DNA of 64,000 nucleotides from Octopus bimaculoides (GCF_001194135.2 NC_068984.1:93519383-93583382); one strand, 5' to 3'; counted from the first letter of the stretch, positions 51,681 through 64,000 are shown. Notes: generated from the sequence alone by a model not told the origin. A program made the numbers and translations.

Positions 51681-52597
51681 CTTATCCATAAGATGCTTGA
51701 ATAATCATTGATCAGTTAATCCAAATATATTTCAACTATATATGGCAAAATGTAAGTCCTAACATTATATTTGGTTGTGGAAACATAGATGATATACTAA
51801 AATATCATTGAAGTTTGGTATTAAGTATATGTAGCCATAAATGTTAAACATAGTCGAGCATGTAACAGAACAAAAGAAGATATCTAAATTCATAAATATA
51901 ATGCAGTATAATGTAACAAAGTATACTTTCAGACAACAAACTTGCAGATAAAATCATAAGCACGCATGTTGGTCCATTTGTTTGGTTAAACCGGGATGCT
52001 AGAAAATGTCTAACCTTACATTTGATAATATAAAAAAGTGAAATTTTAAAAAAAACACCAAGAATACCAAATGTTTTATTGCATAAAAGCTGCTATAAAT
52101 GATGTGGAAATGTGCAACCTGAATCTCTTCTAATACAGTGAATAAGCCATGAACTTGCAACACGAGTTAACAGCAGATAAAGAAATAAAATTACCTGCTG
52201 CCCTTTAAGCTGGTATTCCTTAGGTCTACTTGAAATCCAGTTTCACTGCACTTACCTTAATTAATTTACTGATTCCTACTTATTTATTAAGGTACTAGTG
52301 ACTAGTAGTAGTTCAGCTCAAGCTCTTCTTTATAAATTCACTTAAACCCTGATAGCGAAATATTTTGTTGTCTTGTGGGTGATATTTGATGAGTGTATCC
52401 TTCCTTATAAAATTTTATTCATTGGCTGTCATGAAAATTTCTCAGTGACAAATTGACAAATATTTTATAACTGTTCTCAAAGATTTTTTTTTTTTTTTGA
52501 TCATTTTTAAAGAAAATTACACTACTTGATCTATGTCAATGAGAAAATACAAAGAAGCATATTGCTTCTATTAAAGATATCAAACAAAAATAGTTAC

Positions 52598-52714
52598 CCC
52601 AACATAAAGCAAGAGATTTATTCGAATATAAAGATAATATGCTGCTTGCAAGAAAGTATCATCTGCACATTGCAACCTTTTCAAGCCAACAGTCAAGCGT
52701 TGTTCTAATAAATT
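52598..52714 (-). CDS. NCAPG2: Host gene exon B (117 nt, phase 0-0)
   Basis: Acceptor tattttatttccag| and donor |gtaact. Open frame NLLEQRLTVGLKRLQCADDTFLQAAYYLYIRINLLLYVG, in phase with exon A across a 209-nt intron. Confidence 0.75.
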
Positions 52715-52923
52715 CTGGAAATAAAATATATATTCGATTAAAATTATTTTCAGTAAAAATTATAGTTTTATGAATATCACACATTCTAAGAGGTCTTATA
52801 CCAAATCAATCAATTAATAGAACATACATTAAAATGTTACAAAAATAATTTATCTAACTGATTTACAAAGAAATTTACAAACATAACTTTTAAGGACATA
52901 AATTCAAACATTAAATAACTTAC

Positions 52924-53094
52924 CAGCACAAATTTGAGTTGCTCCAGGATACCAATAATATTTGACTGATATTTATTGAGGAGAAGCGCACGGCAATTCG
53001 GCTGCTCTATAACAAATAGCAAGAATTTCAAAGCCAGAATAGGTTTTGGAATTACTTCTTCTCGAAATCGTACCTGTTGATTTCTTTTAGATTG
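52924..53094 (-). CDS. NCAPG2: Host gene exon A (171 nt, phase 0-0), condensin II subunit G2-like
   Basis: Acceptor ttttctcttcag| and donor |gtaagt. Encodes QSKRNQQVRFREEVIPKPILALKFLLFVIEQPNCRALLLNKYQSNIIGILEQLKFVL. The KPILAL...ALLL segment resembles the KPELAL...CLL region of vertebrate NCAPG2 as I recall it; not database-checked. Confidence 0.78.
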
Positions 53095-53279
53095 CTGAAG
53101 AGAAAACAAATCAAATAAAAAATGACAAAATTTTTTCCAATTGAATGTATAGCACATAATTCAATAGCTCTTTCCTTCAAAAACAAAATTGCATCCATCT
53201 CCTCATACACTGCCTGTATGGTGCTACGTTGGATATATCATTAACTTGTTTCTGTTTAATAATACTAAATACCATAATC

Positions 53280-53470
53280 ATTTAACATCCATTTTCCATG
53301 CTGGCATGGGTTGGATGATTTCACAGGAAATGGCAAAACAAAGAGCTGCATTGAGTTCTAGCATCAGCTTTGGCATGTTTTCTATGGCTGGATACCCTTC
53401 CTAACACCAACTACTTTACAGTGTGTACTGGGTGCATTTTTTGTGCAACTGATATTAGTAAGGTTGCCAA
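53280..53470 (-). mobile_element. RTE 3'-tail remnant
   Basis: catttaacatccattttccatgctggcatgggttgg...ggctggatacccttcctaacaccaac. Confidence 0.75.
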
Positions 53471-53816
53471 GTAAGTTGCTACACAGAAAAGAATGGTAAG
53501 AAGAAATTTTATAAAAGATACTTTCTGCAGCGACACTACATAATCATCTGTACAAAGTTCTGAACATATGCTGAGTAGTACAGCACACTTATCTAACAGC
53601 CATTATGCTGTACCAAGTAATATTCTGGATCATTAAACTCTTTGAGATTTTTTCCAATGAATCACCAACTTCCTTTACATTCAGAAGTTGAAGACATTTG
53701 CAACAGCACTAAATCCAAAGGATCTAAAAAGTCAAAACAGTGCCTCTTCTAAATCCTAACACAATTAAATAAAAAAACTTTATATTCATAACTATATATA
53801 AATATCAATTGGATGT

Positions 53817-54586
53817 CATCATCATCATCATCATTTAACGTCCGCTTTCCATGATAGCATGGGTTGGAGGACTGGTGGAACCCGAAGGCTACACCAGGCT
53901 CCAATTTGATTTGGCAGAGTTTCTACAGCTGGATGCCCTTCCTAACACCAACCACTCCGAGAGTGTAGTAGGTGCTTTTACGTGTCACTGGCACGAAGGC
54001 TAGTCAGGCGATACTGGCAACGGCAACGATCTCGCTCGAAAGTCCTTACGTATGCCACGGGCACAAGTACCAGAAAGGCGACGCTGGGCACAGGTGCCAT
54101 CCCGATTTCGTTTTCACTTGCCCCAATGAGTCTTCGCAAGTTGAGTTTCATGTCCAATGAAGGAGACGACGTTGGCATGGGTGTCAGTCGTCGAATTTAC
54201 TTTGGTTTTGATTTCACTTGCCTCAACAAGTCTTCGCAAGCGGAGTTTAGTGTCCAATGAAGGAAAGGTACGCATAAGTGGGTTGGCTACACCCCTGGCA
54301 GAGGCCTTGGATTTAGGTCTCACTTGGCTTGCTGGGTCTTCTCACACACAGCATATTTCCAAAGGTCTCGGTCAGAAGTCATTGCCTCGGTGAGGCCCAA
54401 TGTTCGAAGGTCTTGCCTCACCACCTCATCCCAGGTCTTCCTGGGCCTACCTCTTCCACAGGTTCCCTCGACTGCTAGGGTGTGGCACTTTTTCACACAG
54501 CTATCCTCGTCCATTCTCGCCACATGACCATACCAACGCAATCGTCTCTCTTGCACACCACAACTGATGCTTCTTAGGCTCTCTGA
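53817..54586 (-). mobile_element. 5'-truncated RTE LINE 3' end
   Basis: ORF LRSISCGVQERRLRWYGHVARMDEDSCVKK...AK*, full 3' UTR and (ATC)n tail on the plus strand. Confidence 0.93.
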
Positions 54587-55174
54587 CAAGAATCAAGTTT
54601 CATACAACAGTTACATGAAGATTACCTTTGAAGAAATTCAGTGGAATAATGCAGCATTTATTTTAAAAACTGAGATTCTTGTTAGTTAATGAGACATAAA
54701 AATGATTTCATAACCAACAGGTCAACTGTCAAAATTGTCACACCATACCAAAAGGTTCAATAAGCTGTTGCACATTGTGCATATCAGAGAATATAACTTA
54801 ACTCAGAAGGATAATGAATTGAAAAGGTCTGAGCTGATCTCCAAATGTCCCCACCAAAACATGTTACAATGCCCATTAGATGACACTTCACAACACAGAA
54901 CTACTGGATGTATCTTACACACACACACATTGTTAAATAATGACTTAGGGAAGTACGCAATAAAGATATTGAGTGCAATACTTTATGCAGACCAATCTAG
55001 TGGCCTGTTACTCTGGATTTCCCACAATATGCAGCTGCTTCTTCACACAAGTCAGACTGAACAAAAAGATAAACCCTATCATTTTAATGGTAGAAATACT
55101 TAGGAGCTAAAAAGTGTGTATAAAAAGTGGTAGTAGTTCTTCCTAAGGCTTGAAATTTTGAAGTGTGCGGGATT

Positions 55175-55335
55175 ACTTCATTACTTTGACTTCAGTTCTC
55201 AACTGGAAATTATTGATCCTGAAAAGATGAAAGGCAAAGTCAACCTAGGCAGTATTTGAACACAGGGTGTGAAACCAGAAACACCATTAAGTATTTTGTC
55301 CAGTGTGCTAATGATTCTACCAGCTCCCTGCCTTT
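55175..55335 (-). mobile_element. Short tRNA-derived SINE (second family)
   Basis: Reverse complement begins ggcagggagctggtagaatcattagcacactggac and contains gttgactttgcctttcatc. Confidence 0.65.
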
Positions 55336-55519
55336 CTGATAATAATATGATAATCCCTTCTACTTTAAGTAGAAGGCCTGAAATTTAGGGGGAGCGGGTA
55401 GTCAATGATATCAACCCCAGTGATGAAAAGTTGCTGAGGTTGACTTTGCCTCTCAGAATATAAAGATGGGTAAAATACCACCAAGCATTTTGGAAGTTAC
55501 TGAAAGGGATAATTGCAAT

Positions 55520-55742
55520 GGTAGTTATTGACAGGTATAGTTGTGAATAAGATGTCCAAACAATTGGATGCGAAAAATATTCTTCCTGATGAACAGAAGA
55601 GTGGTAAACAAAAATGTAGAAGTACCAAAGATCATTTGCTAATTGTTGAGACAGTACTAAAAGACTGCAAAAGGTAAATTAATCTGGCAATGACATGAAT
55701 CAACTACCATAGGGTGTATGATTTGATCCCCACTCATGGATT
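55520..55742 (+). mobile_element. R4/Dong-like RT remnant
   Basis: ILPDEQKSG...STKDHLLIVETVLKDCKR..NLAM..INYHRVYDL....W resembles R4-clade 'EQKG...GTKDQLL...NL.MAWIDY.KAYD.VPH.W'. Confidence 0.6.
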
Positions 55743-55744
55743 AG

Positions 55745-55930
55745 AGACAGGAATTCAAGACAGGATGCCCCTGGGAGCTCCTCTATGCTGATGACCTTGC
55801 GCTAATTGCTGAGTCACTATCAGAACTAGAGGAGAAGTTTCAGGTGTGGAAGCAAGGACTAGAATTGAAGGGCCTTAGAGTCAACCTAGCTAAAACCAGT
55901 CCTAATAAGTAGGAAGGTAGACAAAACACA
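55745..55930 (+). mobile_element. Internal RTE RT fragment
   Basis: Near-identical to about 49850-50030 (GCPWELLYADDLALIAESLSELEEKFQVWKQGLE). Confidence 0.9.
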
Positions 55931-55934
55931 GTTC

Positions 55935-56445
55935 AGTGCTCTCTGATCTTATCACCAAGTATCTTTCATAAGTTTCCAACAGTATTATGGTCAGGGTTCT
56001 GAGCTGGACAACACATCACAGTAATGTTTTCAGCTTCAAACACCTTCTTAGCTATCAGGGCAGTTTCTTGCATAAAGATTGGCTAACAAGTTGGAGATGA
56101 CCTCATAGCTAACACAACATGTTGCAGAACAATGATTTTGTATATGGCTGCATTCAAATCACCATGAAACTGGATCAAAGGCACAACATCTGCTGCAGAA
56201 ATCATTCCCCATATCATAAAACCTCCACCTCCAAACTTCACTGATTTCTTCAAGCATTTAGGGAGCAATGTTTCATCTTTGCAATGTTTCGCATGCTGTC
56301 TTCCATCTGACTCAACCACACTGAACTTGCTTTCATCACTGAAGAATACTCCCAACCAGCTGTCATCTGTCCAAAGTACATGCTCATTGGCAAAGACAAC
56401 CCTTGCCTTTCAGTTTGCCATATCAGTAAGAGGCTTAATGGCAGG
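55935..56445 (-). mobile_element. Tc1-like (DD34E-type) transposase remnant
   Basis: KPL...WT...W..VFFSDESKF, KFGGGGFMIWG, FMQ.. and PAQNPDHN.VGNL (equivalent to WPAQSPDLNPIENLW). Confidence 0.85.
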
Positions 56446-56699
56446 GAACAGGCATGAAGTCCATTTATTCCATGCTGTATGTCATAGTAAGGTTAAGAAA
56501 TCCAATTCCATCTCCTCATTTCTTTCGTTACCCACTATCTTATCCAAATGTTCTATTGTTTCCTCTACTGTAGCCCTATTTCTTGAAGATTTCACCTCTC
56601 TCTCTCTCTGTTTTGTTACCCACTATATTTTTACTTGCCCATACTATGTCTGTATCCTTGCTTTCCCATGTTGATTGTTAATTAGCGGCTTTCGCTTTG

Positions 56700-59005
56700 C
56701 TTGTAGATATGTTACACCATCTTTAGCTAGGGAATAGGGCATCCATATTGTTTCATCCTTCGTGTTGTGCCCTCCCATCCCAAAGCCACCACCTGTACTG
56801 GAAGTCTTCTTCCTAGCACCTCTAATGTTTACCTATACGGAACACTTCCCCTCCATACCTATCTAGTATCTATCTCCCAGTAAACAGTGATTGTGAAGTG
56901 AATAAAATGACAGTGAAGTGTATACAGGTTGAAACCTATGTATATGTCTACGATATCTGCCAAATGCACACGCGCTTTCTTTTCAAATGCAAAATGCTGT
57001 CCCTCGTTCATGAGTCTCACCAGCCCACTTAATTTTGGCACATTGAAAGGTAGGTCTGGTGAGATTGTTGAGATGCTTGAATGGAGGTGTGTAGATTTGT
57101 GTTGCATCCAAGATGCTAAGGTGGAGACAAAGTTCTGCTAGGTTCCTCACAGTGATGGAGTTGGGGGCATGGGTATACTCCTTGCTGGGAAATGGGTTGA
57201 TAAGGTAATTGAGGTACTCAGAGTCAGTAATAGACTACTTAAGCTTAGACTAGTGCTGCAATATCGATTACAATTACAGAGGTATCAAAATGTTAGATCA
57301 GGAAATGAAAGTCAGAGAGAGGACCAGAGCCCAACTAATTAGGGAAAGTGTTAGTTTAGATGAGATGCAGTTTGGGTCTGTGCCGAGAAGAACCACAGAT
57401 GCAATATTTCTGGTAAGACAGCTGCAGGAGAAATACCTAGCCAAAGATAAACCTCTGTACTTGGTTGTTGTTGACTTGGAGAAAGCCTTTAACAGGCTTC
57501 CCTGATTACCTGGTGGGCAATGCAGAAACTAGGGATAGATGAGTGGTTGGTGAGAGCTGTACAAGCCATGTACAAGGAAGCTGTCAGTAAGGTGTTGGCA
57601 ACGAGTATAGTGAAAAATTTCAGGCAGAAGTAGGGGTTCACTAAGTCCTCAGCCTCCACTTTAAGACAGGCTGTGCCTGGGAGCTCCTTTATGCTGATGA
57701 CCTTGCTCTTATAGCTGAATCACTACCAGAACTATAGTGGAAGCAAGGTCTAGAATCGAAGGGCCTTAGTTTTAGTAAGTAGGAAGGTGGACAAATCACA
57801 AATCCCTTCGGGTAAACAGCCCTGCTTAATCTGTAGAAAAGGAGTAGGTAGAAACTCCATAAAGTGTAGCCGGTGTAAACTATTAACAACATAAAAGGTA
57901 CAGCAATATGAGAGGAAGGTTAACAGGGAAGATAGTTTTTGTGTGTGGAAGGTGCACAGGTAAAATAAACACCAAAAATATACAGAATATACATTCCATC
58001 ACATGCCAGGAAGTAAAACTAAAAGTAGTTGATAGTTTCTGTTACTTAGGTGACCAACTTAGTAGCTGGGGTGGATGCTCTGAGAACATAGCTGCTAGAA
58101 TAAGAATAGGTGGGGCAAAGTTCAGAGAGCTCCTACTTCTGCTGGTAATAAGAGGTCTCTCCCTCAGAATAAAAGGCAGATTGTATGATGCCTGTGTGCG
58201 AACAACAATGCTACACAGCAGTAAAACATGGACTGTGACTGCTGAGGACATGCACAGGCTTGTAAGAAATTGAGCTAGTATACTCCACTGGATGTGTAAT
58301 GTCAGTGTGCAAGCACGACAGAGTGTAAGCATCCTGAGAGAAAAGTTGGACATAAGAAACATCAGATGTGGTGGGCAAGAGAGACAACCGCACTGGTATG
58401 GTCATGTGATGTGTATGGATGAGGACAGCTGTGTGAAGAAGTGTCGACAAGCAATTGAGACCTTTAGCAATATGCTGTGCTTGAAAAGAGCCATCAAGCC
58501 AAGTGAGATGGTAGTCGTGGCCAATGCCAGTGTTGCATAACTGGCCCATTAAAAGCACCCTTCAATCATTAGGCGATATGCTGAGCTTGTGAAGACCTGT
58601 CAAACTGAATGAAATCATAGTCATGGCCAATGCTAGTGTAACATGACTGGCACCCGTGCTGGTGGCACATAAAAGCACTGTTCGAGTGTTGGGCCTCATG
58701 GAGGCAGTGAAAGAAGACCAAGGTCTTTGGCAATTTACTGTGCTTGAGTTGACCTGTCAAGTCAAGTGAGACCTTAGTCTTGGCCGATGCCAGTGTCAGG
58801 TCAATGGCACCCATGCCAGTGGCATGTAAAAAGCACCCATTAAACTCTCAGAGTGGTTGGCGTTAGGAATGGCATCCAACCGTAGAAACCTTGTGAAATC
58901 AGATTGGAACCCAGGGCAGCCTCCTGGCTTACCAGTTTTCATTTAAGCTGTCCAACCTGTGCCAGCATGGGAAGCAACGTTAAATGAGGATGATGATGAT
59001 GATGA
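56700..59005 (+). mobile_element. RTE LINE with 5' UTR and large EN-to-RT internal deletion
   Basis: 5' UTR resembles 4740-5030. EN start is fused near 57270 to NYRGIK. RT, PHD-like finger, modular 3' UTR and (GAT)n tail follow. Confidence 0.9.
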
Positions 59006-59165
59006 ATCATTTCCTACAATATTTTTTGTAATAATGAACATACTTTGAAGTATATACAGTAGAAATCTCATTCAGAAAAATCAAGTAGAAATTTAAATAT
59101 CTTTAATTTTTATTTTCATTTTCTAATTTTGGCTACCACTGTATATATATACATACACAATTATC

Positions 59166-59207
<42 letters not shown>

Positions 59208-59447
59208 CCTTTGTCTCTTTGTCTCTTCCCAATGTATTCTCAAACGGCTCATCCAAATCACATCAAATTTTACATGGTAATATTATCAATGAGTGCCAAC
59301 ATGTAATTTTTTGAAGATTAAAACAATGCAACGTTGGCACTGGTTCTGTATTACGTGTCAAAACTCAAAGCATAAAAGTGAAATAATAACATCTTATATT
59401 GTAATGTGATATATTGTTTCACTTTTATACTTTTAATTCTAACAATG

Positions 59448-60615
59448 ACATCACATTGTGTATCTGTCAGTGAATGTATGCATGAGTGTATGTCTCAGTG
59501 TGTGTGTTTTTCCACATTAGGTACATTATCAAACACACTATATCTTTCACTTTTATATTTTTACTTTTTTAATTCTCACCACCACCACTACCACCACGTA
59601 TGACTGTATGAGTGTGTAAATGACTCAGTGTGTGTCTCATTCTACATTAGGTATGTTATTAAACACACTGTATGTATGTGAGGGCTGGTTAACCATGACG
59701 ACGACGTCACATTTTGTATATGACTGTAACTGTCTGTGAATGTATGTGTGAGTGTATGAGTGTATATATGTCTCTCTGTGTTAGGTACATTATTAAACAC
59801 ACTATAAGTTTCACTGTTATACTTTTAATTTTAATTCTAACCACCACCACTACATTACATTTTGTATATGACTGTGTATCTGTCTGTGAAAGTATGTGAG
59901 TGTGTGAGAGTATGAGTGTGTATATGTCTCACAGTGTGTGTGTCTTTCCACATTAGGTACGTTATTAAACAAACTGTATGTATGTGAGGGCTGGTCAGTG
60001 TCAATACCAAATTTTATTTTCATTTCGATCAAGACAATATAACACTTCATAGAGATAATCTTTCTATGTGCAGAGATGTACTTACATAGCAAGTGACATG
60101 ATCCGAGATCATGTGCTTGGAACATATATGTACACAACTTTTGACGGAGTAACAGTTATCAGTACATAAACATAGACATACACACATGCAGACGCGTCTA
60201 CACCCATGCATACATACATACATACGTATATGCATGTGCATTTACACATATACATACATACATAAACACATATATATCATAAACTAAATGTTATTTCTCA
60301 GATGCAACACAAAGTTTTATCAGTGAATAGGTCGCAGTTTCAAAGCAACAAAAATGTTTTGACACAAATGAAATTTAAATGTTGAAGTGAAACTAACGGA
60401 CTTTGTGTGTTCTTGAAAGGCTTACAAACATCTTCCACACTGCCCTCTTTCTATTGTCAACAGGACATTTTATACCATGATGACAATGGCATCACATTTT
60501 GTATATGACTGTGTATCTGTCTGTGAGTGTATGTGTATAAGTGTATAAGTGGGTATATATCTCATAGTGTGTGTGTGTATGTGTGTCTTTCCATGTTAGG
60601 TACGTTATTAAACAT
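59448..60615. repeat. Degenerate tandem repeat (about 130-170 bp units)
   Basis: The anchor ttaggta(c/t)(a/g)ttat(t/c)aaaca recurs near 59516, 59647, 59780, 59952 and 60595. Confidence 0.8.
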
Positions 60616-60655
60616 ACACACGCATCTACACTTACATATACATAGTGATGACTCT

Positions 60656-60790
60656 TTTTACTGGTTTACTTATTTCAGTCATTTGACTGTGGCCATGCTG
60701 GAGCACCGCCTTTAATCGAGCAAATCGACCCCAGGACTTATTCTTTGTAAGCCTAGTACTTATTCTATCAGTCTTTTTTTCCAAGCCACT
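60656..60790 (-). mobile_element. tRNA-derived SINE 3' part
   Basis: ttcagtcatttgactgtggccatgctggagcaccgcc...gcctagtacttattctatc. Confidence 0.82.
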
Positions 60791-61614
60791 AATGCTTACA
60801 CCTTCCCTTTCCTTAAATGTGAAAGGTTGATTGCCCCCTTATACTTTGAACCACTATATAAGGGACAAATAAAATCAGAGACAGTTAGAATTCAACCTAG
60901 AATTAATTAGTAGCCTGCTAGCCTTGGCTATGTCAAGATGGATTTTTATGTATTCTTCTTCCCACTTAGATTTTAAATGTTGCCACAATAGTAATATGTC
61001 CATTCTGCTGTAATTTTCTATATTCTTGTGCAGCTGAAATTTGCTCTGCACTTTGCATTTAATGTAATGCTCGCATTACTTAAATAAATGGAGTAGCATG
61101 AAACGTGCGTACTGCAATAACCTTTAAAATTCATGTTTTTTTTTATTTTTGATCACCTTGTTTTTTGGAATTGTTTGGATAATACCATACTATATTCTGG
61201 TGCCTAAACTTAAGTGCCACATTCAATTTTGAATCTAAATCTTTTATATGTGTNNNNNNNNNNNNNNNNNNNNNNNNNNNNNNNNNNNNNNNNNNNNNNN
61301 NNNNNNNNNNNNNNNNNNNNNNNNNNNNNNNNNNNNNNNNNNNNNNNNNNNNNNNNNNNNNNNNNNNNNNNNNNNNNNNNNNNNNNNNNNNNNNNNNNNN
61401 NNNNNNNNNNNGTAATAGTAGAAATGGATTATTGCATCTATAAGAGGAGATTTGTAGTAAGAAGTGAGAGCGATGCGCAGAAAAAAGAACAAAGAAGAAA
61501 CAGTACTTGGAGTGTAGCTCCATTCCAGCAGTAAACATCCATGTAAAAAATCCTTGTGGGTATTTTCCAGAGATAATTGTAGTAGCAAAGGTGGATATAT
61601 ATCATATTGTATCT

Positions 61615-64000
61615 GCAGGGCTCTTCCAAGAGAAGACCAGCTACAGACAGTGTTTGACCCTGAGATTTGTTTATAGACATGGCAAAAGTCACACGAAGGG
61701 AAGGAACGTCTGCTCCTGATGGCGTAAGAGGAATTCTTGGAATAAAGACATCATCCCCTTTTGCACATCCAGAAAGAATGGTAGCCTGATAACGTGTGAC
61801 ATCATTTTCTTTATCACGAGTCGTGTTCCATTGCAATGTCTTGGTGGTTCCAGATTGCAGAGCAGCATAACAGGTGTTCCAACTTTAAGTGATAATATGT
61901 GGGGAGGTAGTCCAGGAGGCTCCAACGAATTGAGAAATTCAGGAGGATAGTTCACCACTTCATTTGTATCTGGAACTGTATCAACAGACTTGTAAGTTTG
62001 AAGATTGCTGGGAAGAGAATGCATCAGCTGTTGATTAATTTTTGTAACNNNNNNNNNNNNNNNNNNNNNNNNNNNNNNNNNNNNNNNNNNNNNNNNNNNN
62101 NNNNNNNNNNNNNNNNNNNNNNNNNNNNNNNNNNNNNNNNNNNNNNNNNNNNNNNNNNNNNNNNNNNNNNNNNNNNNNNNNNNNNNNNNNNNNNNNNNNN
62201 NNNNNNNNNNNNNNNNNNNNNNNNNNNNNNNNNNNNNNNNNNNNNNNNNNNNNNNNNNNNNNNNNNNNNNNNNNNNNNNNNNNNNNNNNNNNNNNNNNNN
62301 NNNNNNNNNNNNNNNNNNNNNNNNNNNNNNNNNNNNNNNNNNNNNNNNNNNNNNNNNNNNNNNNNNNNNNNNNNNNNNNNNNNNNNNNNNNNNNNNNNNN
62401 NNNNNNNNNNNNNNNNNNNNNNNNNNNNNNNNNNNNNNNNNNNNNNNNNNNNNNNNNNNNNNNNNNNNNNNNNNNNNNNNNNNNNNNNNNNNNNNNNNNN
62501 NNNNNNNNNNNNNNNNNNNNNNNNNNNNNNNNNNNNNNNNNNNNNNNNNNNNNNNNNNNNNNNNNNNNNNNNNNNNNNNNNNNNNNNNNNNNNNNNNNNN
62601 NNNNNNNNNNNNNNNNNNNNNNNNNNNNNNNNNNNNNNNNNNNNNNNNNNNNNNNNNNNNNNNNNNNNNNNNNNNNNNNNNNNNNNNNNNNNNNNNNNNN
62701 NNNNNNNNNNNNNNNNNNNNNNNNNNNNNNNNNNNNNNNNNNNNNNNNNNNNNNNNNNNNNNNNNNNNNNNNNNNNNNNNNNNNNNNNNNNNNNNNNNNN
62801 NNNNNNNNNNNNNNNNNNNNNNNNNNNNNNNNNNNNNNNNNNNNNNNNNNNNNNNNNNNNNNNNNNNNNNNNNNNNNNNNNNNNNNNNNNNNNNNNNNNN
62901 NNNNNNNNNNNNNNNNNNNNNNNNNNNNNNNNNNNNNNNNNNNNNNNNNNNNNNNNNNNNNNNNNNNNNNNNNNNNNNNNNNNNNNNNNNNNNNNNNNNN
63001 NNNNNNNNNNNNNNNNNNNNNTGGGATGTACTGTGTATACTCGGCCAAGGCAAGTGTCAAACTTAATGCCAGGGTATCCATGAACATTTTGACCTGCTTT
63101 CCTTGGGGTCCATTGTTTTCCATTCCAAGTGTAGTACGATGGAATCTGTGGATACAGTAAGGTTTGAGTGAATGGATCAACTTGACAGAGCTTGAAGAAT
63201 GCAGTGAGTGTGCTATCCCTTGGTTGCTCTGCTAACAGAGAAGCATTAGCATTGGTGAAGTAGACTCTTTGACCGTTTTCCAGGTGCACTGCAAGCTGTT
63301 GAATGGCGAGGTGTCGTTGGTGAAGTGGAAAGCCGAAGATGCGCCAAAAAGCCTCGTTGCTACTTATGTAGCGTACCACCTGATAGTGCGTCACCTCATC
63401 CTGGCAGTATTGTTGTTGAAGTGCAAACATTGCAACATCAGAACCCTTGTTCGCAAAATGCAAACATACTTGATGGACTTAATGGAGTTGCAAAAGTTAA
63501 CGTTAATGTGGGCATTGAAAATCTGACAGGAGTGGGCAGTAGGGAACAATCCATCTATTATCAACAGCATGCTGTCGGATAGTTGCTGTGAAACCGCCGT
63601 CTTGTGGTTTTCTCCGTCTGTATGATGGATACCCATCAGCACCTGTCTGAGTTTCTTGTAGGAACTTCCTTGGAAACTTTTTTGAACATACGCTGTCTTT
63701 CAAACATGGTGAGTTAATGTTGAATCCACGCCCACATGGACCATGCACCATGTTTGCTTTAACTATGTCGTATAGTACCTTGTCTAAAGCTGGATCAGGA
63801 AGTTCTGCAGAGATTATGTTGTTGATGTCAGTTGATTTGATCTTCCTTGAGAGCCAAAGCAGGATATGAGCATGTGGAAGGCCCCTTTTTTGCCATTCGA
63901 TTGTGTACATGTCACACTGTATGGGTCCGAAGATTTGCCCTTTTTTGATGAGGTCCATGAGAATAATTAATTTCAGATGGAAAACTCGGGCGAGGAGGTC
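61615..64000 (-). mobile_element. Autonomous-type Helitron RepHel (decayed, gapped; runs off the window)
   Basis: Rep HUH motif EWQKRGLPHAHILLW, SIKYVC/NKGSD motif, LAVHLENGQRVYF. Pif1 helicase C-terminus PEFLNSLEPPGLPPH.L.LKVG, CNGTR and FAMSINKSQGQTL. Confidence 0.95.

Noticed and set aside
59448-59990. CRISPR-like repeat-spacer appearance
   Set aside because: Eukaryotic context, long degenerate units, recurring rather than unique spacers, and no cas genes.
61689-63463. Very long ORFs of 360-480 aa (also at 17319-17951 and 35925-36505)
   Set aside because: Their length comes from translating through N gaps; only the flanking residues are informative.
53095-64000. Search for the host exon upstream of exon A
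   Set aside because: Several acceptor/donor pairs were tested (about 53510-53740, 54640-54790, 54915-55060, 60790-61030), but the frames had stops or no resemblance; the exon is probably outside the window or in a gap.

Overview
This is animal genomic DNA with no prokaryotic features. The SINE and RTE families look cephalopod/octopus-like, which is my recollection and is not verified. Almost the whole window is intron of one minus-strand host gene. I assembled eight phase-compatible GT-AG exons by hand (53094-52924, 52714-52598, 47793-47605, 26843-26744, 23940-23768, 13964-13821, 13183-13089, 1895-1789). They splice into one open frame of about 365 aa that resembles the C-terminal part of condensin II subunit G2 (NCAPG2). 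The introns are packed with mostly decayed transposons: RTE LINEs with a PHD-type finger inside the RT, three Gypsy LTR elements, Helitrons, piggyBac elements and MITEs, mariner, Tc1, hAT, R4/Dong-like and Penelope-like remnants, tRNA-derived SINEs and microsatellites. The most interesting observations: (1) a Penelope-like remnant whose 3' end joins a tRNA-like Pol III cassette to a minimal hammerhead ribozyme, plus two more hammerhead-like motifs elsewhere; (2) two unrelated LTR elements that both lost RT/RNase H at equivalent points, one with a 95-bp inverted repeat around the integrase; (3) long inverted repeats in the pre-mRNA that are candidate substrates for editing or back-splicing. All alignments were done by eye, and several N gaps limit the interpretation.
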